Of a stretch of DNA of 64,000 nt, positions 27,631-37,206 are shown in pieces (within the stretch, counting starts at the first letter, position 1; the number at the start of each line of letters is the position of its first letter). Location: positions 1-64,000 of IMG/VR virus record IMGVR_UViG_3300009103_001698, one strand, 5' to 3'. The notes beneath the pieces are model-generated. The model was not told the DNA's origin, ran no database searches, and saw nothing but the letters and a program-made list of their open reading frames with translations. Made by a program: the position numbers and the translations under genes. Source of the DNA: a virus.

Positions 27631-30600
27631 ATGAAAACAAAGTCCTTATTAAATGAAGGCGGTGTGGCAGGACATATGTCCCACCTCTATGATAATCCAG
27701 AACTCACTTTTGCGAAGATGAAAGAAATCTTTCATAAAGCCTCTGAAGGCGGATTACTTGGAACAGAAAAAACAGACGGTCAAAATCTCTTTATTACATA
27801 CAACGTAAGAGAAGGCAAAGCAAAAGCAGCCAGAAATAAAGGAAACATCAAGTCAGGTGGATTAGACGCTGCTGGTTTGGCTGCAAAGTTCAAAGATCGA
27901 GGAAACCTAGAAAAAGCATTCAACGACAGTTTCGCAGCATTCGAAGAATTCGCTTCCAGCTTAAAACCAGAAACACAAGTAAGGATCTTTGGAGAAGACG
28001 GAAACATTTATTACAACTCTGAAATCCAAGATCCTCTTTCTCCAAATGTAATACAATACGACGAAGCAACTTTGGTTATTCACGAAGTTGGACACGCCTA
28101 CTTTAACAAAGAAACAGGCAGCGTAGAAGAAGTAGACGTTACAGAAAATGCAAAAGCAATGCAGGCGGCTTTGGAAAATCGCTTTGATCCAAAAGACAGC
28201 AGATTTAGGGTTCAAAGGAATGCTATTGTTCAGCTTCAAGCTCTGTCCGATAAGGAGCCTTTGAAACGGGCATTAGCAGCCCTAGAAGCCGCTCTAAGCG
28301 CAGTAAATCTTCCCGACACATCAACAACGGGTGAATACCTTTTGGCGCGTTTAGAGCCCATTCTGAACGCAGAAGGTGTTTCTTTCAAAGAGGGTCAATA
28401 CAAAATGCTGATCCAAAAGATTTTGGGGCACCCCGGGGTGTTTGTTCGCAATATCAAAAAGGGACACACACCGGAAGATCAGAAGAAAATTGCGGCTATG
28501 ATCAAGAATGGTCCACGTTTCCTCAAAGACGCTATGCGTCCCATAGAAGAAATAGTTCATGAGTTCGCCACTGAAATGGTGAATGGTCTCCAAAGTGCTT
28601 TTGTGTTGGATAATACAAAAGAAGTTCAACGACTAAGAGGTAAACTTAAAAATGCTATTAGTGCTATTGAGGCAGCCGCTGATGAAGGAAACCTTGAAAT
28701 CTTATCTCAGCAAATGGAAAAACTCAAGAACATCGAAAGTGTTGGAACAGCCGCAGAAGGTTTCGTATTCAATTTCGATGGTTATACATACAAATTTACC
28801 GGTAGTTTTGCCCCAATGAACCAAATCCTAGGTTTATTCAAATACGGGCGAAAAGGCAAAGAAGCACTACCAGATTTATTCTTAGGTGATGACGCCACTA
28901 AGGGCGAGGCAGAGTTCCTTTACGGCGAACCTGAACCTGAGAAACCTTATGTTAATGAGAAGCTGACAGGACCTAGTGATCATGTTACAATACTGTATCC
29001 GGGCGGTTTTAAGCCACCACACGCTGGTCATTTTGAACTGGCAAAACGCTACGTTGAACACCCAAATGTTGAAAAAGTTATTATTATGCTTGGTCCGAAA
29101 GAAAGAACTTCGAGAGACAAGAAAGTTGTGATTGATAAAGAAGCGTCTCTTTTCCTTTGGGGTAAATACAAAAACGCTCTCGGTGAGAAAGCCGTTATTG
29201 CTGACATGCCAGAAGAAGCAAAAGGTAATCCTATGAGGGCTGCTTATAAATGGGTTGAGAAATTCGCACAAGAAGGCGAAGTATTTGCACTTGCAGCCAG
29301 CGATAAAGACGCAGGAAGAGCAGAAGCTTTTGCTGAAGGTCATTGTCACCCATCCGGTAAATACTGTATTTCTGGTGTAGACGTTGTAGAACTGGCTGTT
29401 GAAACTCAAGCTATAGTTTATAAAAATAGAACTGATGGTAATAATGATGCGAACATTAGTGCCTCTCAAATGAGAGAAGATTTAGCGGCTGGTGATAAAG
29501 AGAACTTCAAAACCAATTTACCACAAGAAGTCGCTGGTCAAGCCGATGCTATCTATGATTATCTCACAACTGGCGAAGAACAAGAGCCAGAAGTCCAAGA
29601 TCAGAAGCCACACGATGTTATTGACCAAATGATAAATGAAATTATTGCATGTAAAGGTTATAAAATCAAAATACATTCAGAAGAAGAACTAGAAGAGATG
29701 TCTTCTATGGCTGGTGGTTCTGTAGCAGGTTATGCCGGTGGTGGAAAGAAAAAAGGAAAAAAGCAAACTAATTACATTAGACGCGGACTCAAGGAAGATG
29801 CTATGAATTTAGAAGAACAAAAACTACGACAACTCATTCGTAATAAACTTAAAAAGAGGGCAGTTATGCAAGAACAAGAAAAACTGGAAGAACAAAAGCT
29901 TCGTCAGCATATTCGAAAACTTATTATTCAAGAAGCTGCTGATGAAAATCCCACTCGTTCAACCGGAATTAATAAACTGGTCGGTACTCTTAAAATTATC
30001 CTCAAAACAATTGAGAGAGGTTATAAAGGATTGGCAACAAGCTCTTCCCAGCGAGAATCTTATAAAAAGCACCTAATCAAAGCTATGATTGATACTCTTT
30101 CACCTCACGATGCTTTGATGAGTTTTAGTGCCGATGAAAGTGAAGAAGACGATTTAATGGCTGAACCTGACATGGCGTTACAAGAACTTAAAATGGATGT
30201 TGATGACGATCCTGTTGCTGATAGTCCTCTTGGCATTGATCCAAGCGCAGCTGAAGGTGAAGAGTTAAAAACTCCTGCTGAAAAAGAAGCAGAAGCTGCC
30301 GCAGAGGAAGAAGAAGTCGCAGCTGCTGATAGAAAAAAGAAAGAAGGTTATAAAGATGTTGATGGCGGGGAACAATTGTTTCCTGAAATTCCTGGACTAG
30401 ATCTTACTGGTAGAGATGAAGCCGTTGACATTTACAAAAAAGTTATTGATGCTGTGACGCGGCAATATGCCAGACTGCATGACGAAGACGATAGAAAGCA
30501 TTATAAAGATTATCTCGTAACCAACCTATTGCTACATTTTGACAAATGGGAAAATGATATTTCTGGAGAATTAGGCGATATCTCCACTCCAGAATACGAG

Positions 30601-30705
30601 AGGCAGAGCCAAGCAGCAGCTGAATATAGTCCAGGTGCTGAAGCTGAAGCTTTACAAGAAGCTATTACAAAGGCTATCATTGCCACGATTACAAAAAGTT
30701 CTTGA
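27631..30705 (+). CDS. Multidomain protein: ligase-like (KxDG) domain, HxGH nucleotidylyltransferase and acidic C-terminal domain
   Basis: TEKTDGQN and EGFVF..YKFTG motifs; YPGGFKPPHAGH...ISASQMR. Confidence 0.7.
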   Translation: MKTKSLLNEGGVAGHMSHLYDNPELTFAKMKEIFHKASEGGLLGTEKTDGQNLFITYNVREGKAKAARNKGNIKSGGLDAAGLAAKFKDRGNLEKAFNDSFAAFEEFASSLKPETQVRIFGEDGNIYYNSEIQDPLSPNVIQYDEATLVIHEVGHAYFNKETGSVEEVDVTENAKAMQAALENRFDPKDSRFRVQRNAIVQLQALSDKEPLKRALAALEAALSAVNLPDTSTTGEYLLARLEPILNAEGVSFKEGQYKMLIQKILGHPGVFVRNIKKGHTPEDQKKIAAMIKNGPRFLKDAMRPIEEIVHEFATEMVNGLQSAFVLDNTKEVQRLRGKLKNAISAIEAAADEGNLEILSQQMEKLKNIESVGTAAEGFVFNFDGYTYKFTGSFAPMNQILGLFKYGRKGKEALPDLFLGDDATKGEAEFLYGEPEPEKPYVNEKLTGPSDHVTILYPGGFKPPHAGHFELAKRYVEHPNVEKVIIMLGPKERTSRDKKVVIDKEASLFLWGKYKNALGEKAVIADMPEEAKGNPMRAAYKWVEKFAQEGEVFALAASDKDAGRAEAFAEGHCHPSGKYCISGVDVVELAVETQAIVYKNRTDGNNDANISASQMREDLAAGDKENFKTNLPQEVAGQADAIYDYLTTGEEQEPEVQDQKPHDVIDQMINEIIACKGYKIKIHSEEELEEMSSMAGGSVAGYAGGGKKKGKKQTNYIRRGLKEDAMNLEEQKLRQLIRNKLKKRAVMQEQEKLEEQKLRQHIRKLIIQEAADENPTRSTGINKLVGTLKIILKTIERGYKGLATSSSQRESYKKHLIKAMIDTLSPHDALMSFSADESEEDDLMAEPDMALQELKMDVDDDPVADSPLGIDPSAAEGEELKTPAEKEAEAAAEEEEVAAADRKKKEGYKDVDGGEQLFPEIPGLDLTGRDEAVDIYKKVIDAVTRQYARLHDEDDRKHYKDYLVTNLLLHFDKWENDISGELGDISTPEYERQSQAAAEYSPGAEAEALQEAITKAIIATITKSS

Positions 30706-30773
30706 TTTTTCTTAAGATTTATGCTAAGATCCTAAAAGATAAGCAGTAAGCTGATAAGTTAAGTAATTATTGT

Positions 30774-31136
30774 ATGAAAGAAGTTGATTATACAAAAAAA
30801 GATATTAAATATTATAGTATATCTAAGAAATTAAAAAGAGATAAGAAGATCTCAGAAGACTTCGAAGTTATGTTAAATAACCTATCTCTAGAAGAAATTA
30901 TAGCTCTTAAGTTAGAGTTAGCTTCTAAAGTAGTTAAGAATAAATTATACGGCATTAATATATATAAGACCCTACCTAGGATCTCCAAAGATGCTGCTTT
31001 AAAGTATGCTATTTCAGCTTGTAGAACTAAGTATTCAGCAGCTGCTTTTTTAGGAATTACATACAGAAGGTTAAAACAAATACAAAGGAAGTATAATATA
31101 TACGGATACTTTGACGAACAGAAAGATGATTTATGA
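30774..31136 (+). CDS. Protein with C-terminal Fis-type HTH
   Basis: TKYSAAAFLGITYRRLKQIQRKYNI. Confidence 0.6.
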   Translation: MKEVDYTKKDIKYYSISKKLKRDKKISEDFEVMLNNLSLEEIIALKLELASKVVKNKLYGINIYKTLPRISKDAALKYAISACRTKYSAAAFLGITYRRLKQIQRKYNIYGYFDEQKDDL

Positions 31137-31536
31137 AGAAATAGCAAAAAGCATAGGAAGACTGGTAGACGAGAAGAATGCAGCATACGGCTCTTCATTC
31201 GATAAAAGCGATCAAATAGTTAAAATCTTATATCCAAATGGTGTACAACCACACCAATACAAAGATCTATTAGCAATGACAAGAGTAATAGATAAACTTT
31301 TTAGAATAGCAACTAGCAAAGATGCGATGGGAGAAGATCCTTGGCAGGACATTGCTGGCTATGCTATTTTATCTGTGGTATCAAATAAAAAAAATAAAAC
31401 AGAACCGTATTATAAACATAAAACATATATGCCTAATTTCAATCCCTCTGTGCAAGAGAGAGACAGAAATAGAGAAAAGGATATTACAACCGCTAGCGGA
31501 CAAGAGGAAATCGAAGACAAGAAGCTTCTTTATTAA
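31126..31536 (+). CDS. Nucleotide-modification-associated (DUF1599/Nmad1-like) protein
   Basis: EKNAAYGSSF...DKLFRI...EDPWQDIAGYAIL. Confidence 0.6.
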   Translation: MIYEEIAKSIGRLVDEKNAAYGSSFDKSDQIVKILYPNGVQPHQYKDLLAMTRVIDKLFRIATSKDAMGEDPWQDIAGYAILSVVSNKKNKTEPYYKHKTYMPNFNPSVQERDRNREKDITTASGQEEIEDKKLLY

Positions 31537-31576
31537 TGAAACTAGTTATTACAAGTGATATAATAAAGGAGTTAGA

Positions 31577-32263
31577 ATGCGAAAAAATAAAAGGTATTAT
31601 TGGGCTAGCCAAGAAGAGATAAAGGGAGTAGAGCAAGAAGAGGGGTTTGAGGAGTTAACTCCGTCACAACAAGTTATGCTTTTGGACACAATAGGTGCCC
31701 AGCTTAATGCACCTCCTACCCCGAAAGATGATTTTATAGAAGTTTCCAATAATAGAATTTATTTTTATTCCAGCATCCAAAGACGGAAGGTGATGGTTCT
31801 TAATAAAACTCTTCGTGAACTTTCTACAGACATCCGCCACAGTGCCACTATTTTAGAATCAACCCCAGCTAGTATTTTTCTTCACATCAACAGTCATGGT
31901 GGAGATTTGTTTACCGGTTTAGCAGCAGTTGACGAGATTATCAAATGTGATGTTCCAATCACCTCTATTGTTGATGGTTGTGCTGCTTCTGCTGCTACTC
32001 TTATGAGTATTGTTGCCGATCATCGTCAAATTAATAAACACGCTTATATGCTAATACACCAGCTTTCTTCTGGAATGTGGGGTAAATACAGCGAGTTAAA
32101 AGACGAGATTGAAAATCTAGATAGATTAATGGAAATGATTAAAAGCATTTATACAGAATACACAAAACTTCCACTAGACAAATTAGAGAAGATTTTGGAA
32201 CATGACATTTGGTTTGATGCTGAAACTTGTCTTAAGTATGGGCTGGTTGATGAAATCATTTAA
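31577..32263 (+). CDS. clpP: ClpP-like protease
   Basis: INSHGGD, GCAASAAT (catalytic Ser), MLIHQ, A..CLKYGLVDEI. Confidence 0.85.
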   Translation: MRKNKRYYWASQEEIKGVEQEEGFEELTPSQQVMLLDTIGAQLNAPPTPKDDFIEVSNNRIYFYSSIQRRKVMVLNKTLRELSTDIRHSATILESTPASIFLHINSHGGDLFTGLAAVDEIIKCDVPITSIVDGCAASAATLMSIVADHRQINKHAYMLIHQLSSGMWGKYSELKDEIENLDRLMEMIKSIYTEYTKLPLDKLEKILEHDIWFDAETCLKYGLVDEII

Positions 32264-32278
32264 CTGAGTGAACAAAAA

Positions 32279-33613
32279 ATGGCAAAGAAAACTTATGTTT
32301 TAGACACAAACGTTTATTTAACTGACTCATCGGCAATAACTTCATACGGCTACAATGACATCGTAGTTCCAATAAAAGTTCTAGAAGAGATAGATAAACA
32401 CAAGAAGCGACAAGATAGCGTCGGTGCTAATGCTCGTCGTGTTATTCGTTTTTTGGATGACCTTCGCGCAAAAGGAAATCTTCATAAAGGTGTCCGTATT
32501 GGAAAAGGAAAAGGAATAATCAAGGCAAGAAGCTTTGATCCAGAGATTCTTCCACCCGGGTATAATAAAGATGATCCAGATAACCAGATTTTAAGCACTG
32601 CTCTTACTGAAAAGGGCGATAACCCAAAAAGAAAAGTTGTTGTTGTTTCAAGAGACATTAACATGCGTGTCAAGTGTGATGCTCTGGGATTAGCCGGCGA
32701 GGATTACATTGTTGAAAAGCTTGTTAGCAGCCGCTCTGACATCTTTACCGGCGTCACCAAACACTTGGTCGACGATCAGATCATTGATCAATTTTATTCT
32801 GGTGAGGGTATCCTTTTAGATAAGGAAGAAGTTCGATTGTGCCCAAACCAGTTCATAATGTTAATTTCTAACTCTAACGAAAAGAAAACAGCATTAGCTA
32901 GATTTCATAGTTATATGAAGCCGCTAACAAAGATAGTTGAATGTTATGATAATCGTTTCAAAATAAAGCCGAGAAACAAAGAACAAGAATTTGCCCTCAA
33001 TCTTCTATTTGATCCAAAGGTTCAAGTAGTTACGCTCGTTGGAGCAGCTGGAACAGGAAAAACATTAATTGCTCTTTATTCTGGAATGTGTCAAACGTTA
33101 GATAACTGGAAAGGTGTAATACCAAAACAAGCAGAATACGAAAGAATGATTATTTCTCGTCCTATTCAGCCGATGGGAAAGGATTTAGGTTATCTTCCAG
33201 GCTCATTAGAAGAAAAGATGTCTCCGTGGTTGTCACCGATCAAAGATAATCTTCGTTTTTTGATGAACAATAAAAAAGATCAGTTAAAAGAATACGTAGA
33301 ACAAGGCATAATAGAGGTAGAAGCACTTACATATATTCGTGGAAGATCTGTTAATAACGCTTTCATTATTATTGATGAGATCCAAAACATGACCGTTCAT
33401 GAATTAAAGACAGTTGTCACACGCGTTGGCGAAGGATCGAAGATAGTTCTTATGGGTGATGTTGAGCAGATTGATAATGTTTATTTAGACGAGACAACCA
33501 ATGGGTTAACCTACGCTGTAGAAAAATTCAAAACACATAACATTACAGGTCATGTTACATTAAAAAGAGGAGAAAGGTCAAAGGTCGCAACGTTGGCAGC
33601 CAAAATACTTTAG
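32279..33613 (+). CDS. phoH: PIN-PhoH ATPase (YlaK/PhoH2-type)
   Basis: YVLDTNV PIN domain; GAAGTGKT, LGYLPG, YIRGRS, IIDEIQN. Confidence 0.92.
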   Translation: MAKKTYVLDTNVYLTDSSAITSYGYNDIVVPIKVLEEIDKHKKRQDSVGANARRVIRFLDDLRAKGNLHKGVRIGKGKGIIKARSFDPEILPPGYNKDDPDNQILSTALTEKGDNPKRKVVVVSRDINMRVKCDALGLAGEDYIVEKLVSSRSDIFTGVTKHLVDDQIIDQFYSGEGILLDKEEVRLCPNQFIMLISNSNEKKTALARFHSYMKPLTKIVECYDNRFKIKPRNKEQEFALNLLFDPKVQVVTLVGAAGTGKTLIALYSGMCQTLDNWKGVIPKQAEYERMIISRPIQPMGKDLGYLPGSLEEKMSPWLSPIKDNLRFLMNNKKDQLKEYVEQGIIEVEALTYIRGRSVNNAFIIIDEIQNMTVHELKTVVTRVGEGSKIVLMGDVEQIDNVYLDETTNGLTYAVEKFKTHNITGHVTLKRGERSKVATLAAKIL

Positions 33614-33619
33614 GAGAGA

Positions 33620-33841
33620 ATGATGAAAGAGTGGTTAACAAACTATGTTGGAGAAGCAGTAAGCCCAGAGGACGAAAACGTAACTGTTGAGATGATAGTA
33701 GAGGTAATGGCTAAAGAATTTCCAGAGTTTTTACTAGTGGTGGCTGAAGAGAACTTTATTCGTGGCTATGAACAAGCATTAGACGACGTAAGGGAGATTA
33801 AAAAGAAGTATGCACAACCTGAAGTTAACAAACTATATTAA
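33620..33841 (+). CDS. Hypothetical protein
   Basis: AGGAG SD, acidic helical ORF. Confidence 0.6.
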   Translation: MMKEWLTNYVGEAVSPEDENVTVEMIVEVMAKEFPEFLLVVAEENFIRGYEQALDDVREIKKKYAQPEVNKLY

Positions 33842-34550
33842 AAAAAGTAGTACTGTTATACCAAATAAGAAAGAAACCCTTTTCTTTAAGGATGTGGTCG
33901 TTTATATAAAAGACCCCTTACCAGAGGAAGTTTCATTAAAAGCGGTTCTTTCAAAAATAGAAGAAATAATCCCAAAACATTTAGCAACAAATGTAGAGGC
34001 AATTTATGTTGGCAAATTTGAACATTTAGAAAGTCGAGAAGTTAACGCAGCATATTTAGAAGGCGCACTATATATTAGCAACGATCAGGACGACGAAGAA
34101 GATTTACTGGACGATATCGTTCACGAACTAGCCCATTCTGTTGAAGAACAATATGGGCTACAAATTTATGGTGACGGTTCTTTGGAAAAGGAATTTGTCA
34201 GAAAAAGAAAAAAACTTTATAACCTTCTAAGGTCTTACGACTATAATGTATCAAGAGCGGCATTTCTCAGTGTTGATTTTTCAGAAGATTTTGATACGCT
34301 GTTGTACAAAGACATCGGGTATGACAAATTGGAACATTTTACAATGGGCCTCTTCCCATCTAACTATTCTGTTACCTCTCTGCGAGAGTACTTCGCAATT
34401 GGCTTTGAATCTTATTTCCTAAATGACCGACAAGAGCTATTAAAGGTGAGCCCGGAACTATTTAGTACTGTTGAACAACTAGTTTCAACGGGAGAAGAAG
34501 ATGAAGAAGAAATTTGGCTCAATAGTGAACAACATCACACGTCATATTGA
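33810..34550 (+). CDS. HExxH zinc-peptidase-like protein
   Basis: VHELAHSVE...LREYFA.GFE. Confidence 0.65.
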   Translation: MHNLKLTNYIKKSSTVIPNKKETLFFKDVVVYIKDPLPEEVSLKAVLSKIEEIIPKHLATNVEAIYVGKFEHLESREVNAAYLEGALYISNDQDDEEDLLDDIVHELAHSVEEQYGLQIYGDGSLEKEFVRKRKKLYNLLRSYDYNVSRAAFLSVDFSEDFDTLLYKDIGYDKLEHFTMGLFPSNYSVTSLREYFAIGFESYFLNDRQELLKVSPELFSTVEQLVSTGEEDEEEIWLNSEQHHTSY

Positions 34551-34785
34551 CTCGTTTCGTGAAACAGTAGCACAAGCTCAGAAGAAGGCAGAAGAGGTAA
34601 AAAAAGAAGAACCTCCGAAAGAAGAGCCAAAGCCAGAGCAGCCTCCCGAAGAAGAAATAGTTGACATTTATACCTTAATGAGTTATAATGAACTTCGGAA
34701 CTTAGCAAAACAATATGGTATCAGTACATACCGGGTCAAAAAAGAAGATTTGATAGTTGAGCTAAAAAAACACGAAGAGGAATAA
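34501..34785 (+). CDS. Rho-N/HeH-like small nucleic-acid-binding protein
   Basis: MSYNELRNLAKQYGIS..RVKKEDLI. Confidence 0.6.
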   Translation: MKKKFGSIVNNITRHIDSFRETVAQAQKKAEEVKKEEPPKEEPKPEQPPEEEIVDIYTLMSYNELRNLAKQYGISTYRVKKEDLIVELKKHEEE

Positions 34786-35547
34786 ATGGCAAATGGCCAC
34801 ATTAGTTATTCAGAATTCAAGATTTGGAGTGAGTGTCCCTGGCGACATAAGCTCAGTTATTTAGATAAATTATCAACATTTAACGGAAATGAGTTTACAG
34901 CGTTTGGAACAGCTGTCCATGAAGTTTGTGAAAGAACTGTCAAGGACGAAGAAGATCAAACTCCTGAAGCATTCCAAGCAGCATTTTCAAAAGAATTAAA
35001 AAAATTAACTGTCGATCTAAATAAAAAGTTAGTCGTTGAAATGAATGTACAGGGCAAAGCAATGCTTCCTGAGATCTTTCCAGCACTTAAAGAATATTTT
35101 GGAGAATACGAAATTGTTGAAGCAGAAGAGAGACTCTATGAACCAATAGAAGATAGCGAGCTACTTTTCAAAGGTTTCATAGATCTAGTGTTAAAAACAA
35201 AAGACGGTAAGTATCACATTATCGATTGGAAAACTTGTAGCTGGGGTTGGGATGCTAGAAAAAAATCAGATAAATTGATCACTTATCAGCTAACTCTTTA
35301 TAAAAACTACTATGTACAGAAGCACAATTTAGATCCAAAAAACGTAGAAACACACTTCGCTCTCTTAAAAAGAACGGCGAAAAAAGATAGAGTGGAAATC
35401 TTCCGTGTAACCAGCGGAGAAAGAAAAACAAAAAATGCACTTAAAGCTTTGAACTATTCCCTCTATAATATAAAAAAATCACGCTTTATTAAGAACCGTC
35501 TTTCTTGTAAATACTGTGAATTTTATCAAACAAAGCATTGTCCATAA
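34786..35547 (+). CDS. PD-(D/E)XK (Cas4/RecB-like) nuclease
   Basis: ISYS....ECP, GTAVH, GFIDL, IIDWKT, QL.LY, CKYC...CP Fe-S cysteines. Confidence 0.88.
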   Translation: MANGHISYSEFKIWSECPWRHKLSYLDKLSTFNGNEFTAFGTAVHEVCERTVKDEEDQTPEAFQAAFSKELKKLTVDLNKKLVVEMNVQGKAMLPEIFPALKEYFGEYEIVEAEERLYEPIEDSELLFKGFIDLVLKTKDGKYHIIDWKTCSWGWDARKKSDKLITYQLTLYKNYYVQKHNLDPKNVETHFALLKRTAKKDRVEIFRVTSGERKTKNALKALNYSLYNIKKSRFIKNRLSCKYCEFYQTKHCP

Positions 35548-35548
35548 G

Positions 35549-35668
35549 AAAAAAAGAACTAAAAAATTGATGGATGCCGGTTATAATGTTATTATCATTT
35601 GGGAAAATGATTATTTAGAAAATAAACAAGTTGTAATAGAACAACTTTTGGAGAGGTTAAATGAATAA
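35549..35668 (+). pseudogene. C-terminal remnant of a Vsr/DUF559-like endonuclease
   Basis: KKRTKKLMDAGYNVIIIWENDYLENKQVVIEQLLERLNE* with no N-terminal catalytic part. Confidence 0.55.
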
Positions 35669-37206
35669 GGAAAAAATGAACGAAGAAAAGATCAAAATCT
35701 TTACGATTTCAGATATGCCGTTAGTGACTTAGCGGCAGTAAAATTGGGTGAATTGCTGGAAACCCCTCAGAGTCAAATAAACCACAACATAATTGGAAAC
35801 GATAAGTGTGAAGGTTAGAAAATTATTTGAATTGGACAATCAGCAGCCAAGCTCCTGTTTAGAAATAATGGAGAAGGTTCAGAGACTACGGTAAGCCTAA
35901 GTTGTTAATATGGTGATAATCCGACAGCGCCCAACACTCATGAGAGTGATGATATAGTCCGACTGTTTATGAAAGTAAATAGGTTTTTGTAAGTCCATCT
36001 GGAGTAGGCACCCAGACTCGATACGTTATTGAAGGTTTGTTGAAGACCGGTAAATACAAATTTGTTTCTCTAGGAGGGGCAATCAAACACCAACAATACC
36101 AACCAGTCAAAACAGAAGAGTGGGGAGATGATTGGGTTATTTATCCAGTTGATGGGTTTGGAAACCCAGATGTTATTAGATCTATTATCAGAAATGAAAA
36201 ACCAGCACTTCTTTGGTTTATGACAGATCCTCGCTTTTATGAATGGCTCTGGGCGATAGAAGATGAGATTCGACCATTGATGCCAATGGTTTATTATCAC
36301 GTTTGGGACAACTATCCTTATCCAGTTTTCAATCGTAAGTTTTATCTTTCCAATGATTTCATAGCCACTATTTCAAAGGTTACAGACGACTTTGTAAAAA
36401 CAGTAGCACCAGAGGTTGAACGAGAATATGTTCCACACGCTGTCGACTCAGAAGTTTTTAAACGCCTAACAGACGAAGAAATGTTACATTATAAAGGTAA
36501 ACACTTTGGAGCCGGCGATAAAAAAGTTACTTTCTTCTGGAATAATAGAAACGCTCGTAGGAAACAAAGTGGATCATTAGTTTGGTGGTTCAAAGAATTT
36601 CTTGATCAAGTCGGACACGACAAAGCAAGACTGATTATGCATACTGATCCAAAGGATCCTAATGGACCAGATTTGGAAGCGTATGTACATGAACTTGGGC
36701 TTACCAATGGTGAGATTATGTTTTCAAAAGCAAAAGTTCAACCACAAGATCTGGCTGTGATGTATAACATCGCTGACTGCGTTATTAACATTTCAGACGC
36801 AGAAGGCTTTGGACTTGCTACTTTGGAAGCATTGTCTTGTGAGACACCTATTATTGTTAGTATGACCGGCGGACTTCAAGAGCAGGTTACTGATGGCAAA
36901 GATTGGTTTGGTGTTGGTCTTGAACCAGCTAGTAAAGCTGTAATCGGTTCACAACAAGTTCCCTTCATTTATGAGGACAGGGTTGCCAAAGAGGATTTCC
37001 TTGCTGCGATGCATAAAATCTACAAGATGACCGACAAACAACGTCATAAACTTGGAAAGAAGGGTCGTAAGCATGTAGAAAAGAATTACAACTTTGAGAA
37101 CTTTCACAAGTCTTGGAATCGTATTATTGCTAAAACACTAGAAAAGCACGGCTCTTGGAGCACTCGTAAGGAACACAAGGCATGGACGCTTAAGGAGGCA
37201 GCATGA
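35661..37206 (+). CDS. GT4 glycosyltransferase, split by an intron: join(35661..35721,35990..37206)
   Basis: Spliced N-terminus KIKIFTISDMP|LSPSGVGTQTRY is in frame with ORF 36037; AEGFGLATLEA. Confidence 0.88.
35722..35989 (+). ncRNA. Self-splicing group I intron (probably subgroup IA, no ORF)
   Basis: P AATTGCTGGAAA, Q AATCAGCAGCC, R GTTCAGAGACTA, S GATATAGTCC; P1 with U.G pair, P10, P3, P8, GAAA-capped P9, terminal G. Confidence 0.92.

Noticed and set aside
34470-34489. GTTGAA...TTCAAC inverted repeat
   Set aside because: Short, inside a coding region and without a U-tract; not enough to call a terminator or operator.
34786-35547. Cas4 as part of a CRISPR system
   Set aside because: No repeat-spacer array or other cas genes; stand-alone Cas4-like nucleases are common in large phages.
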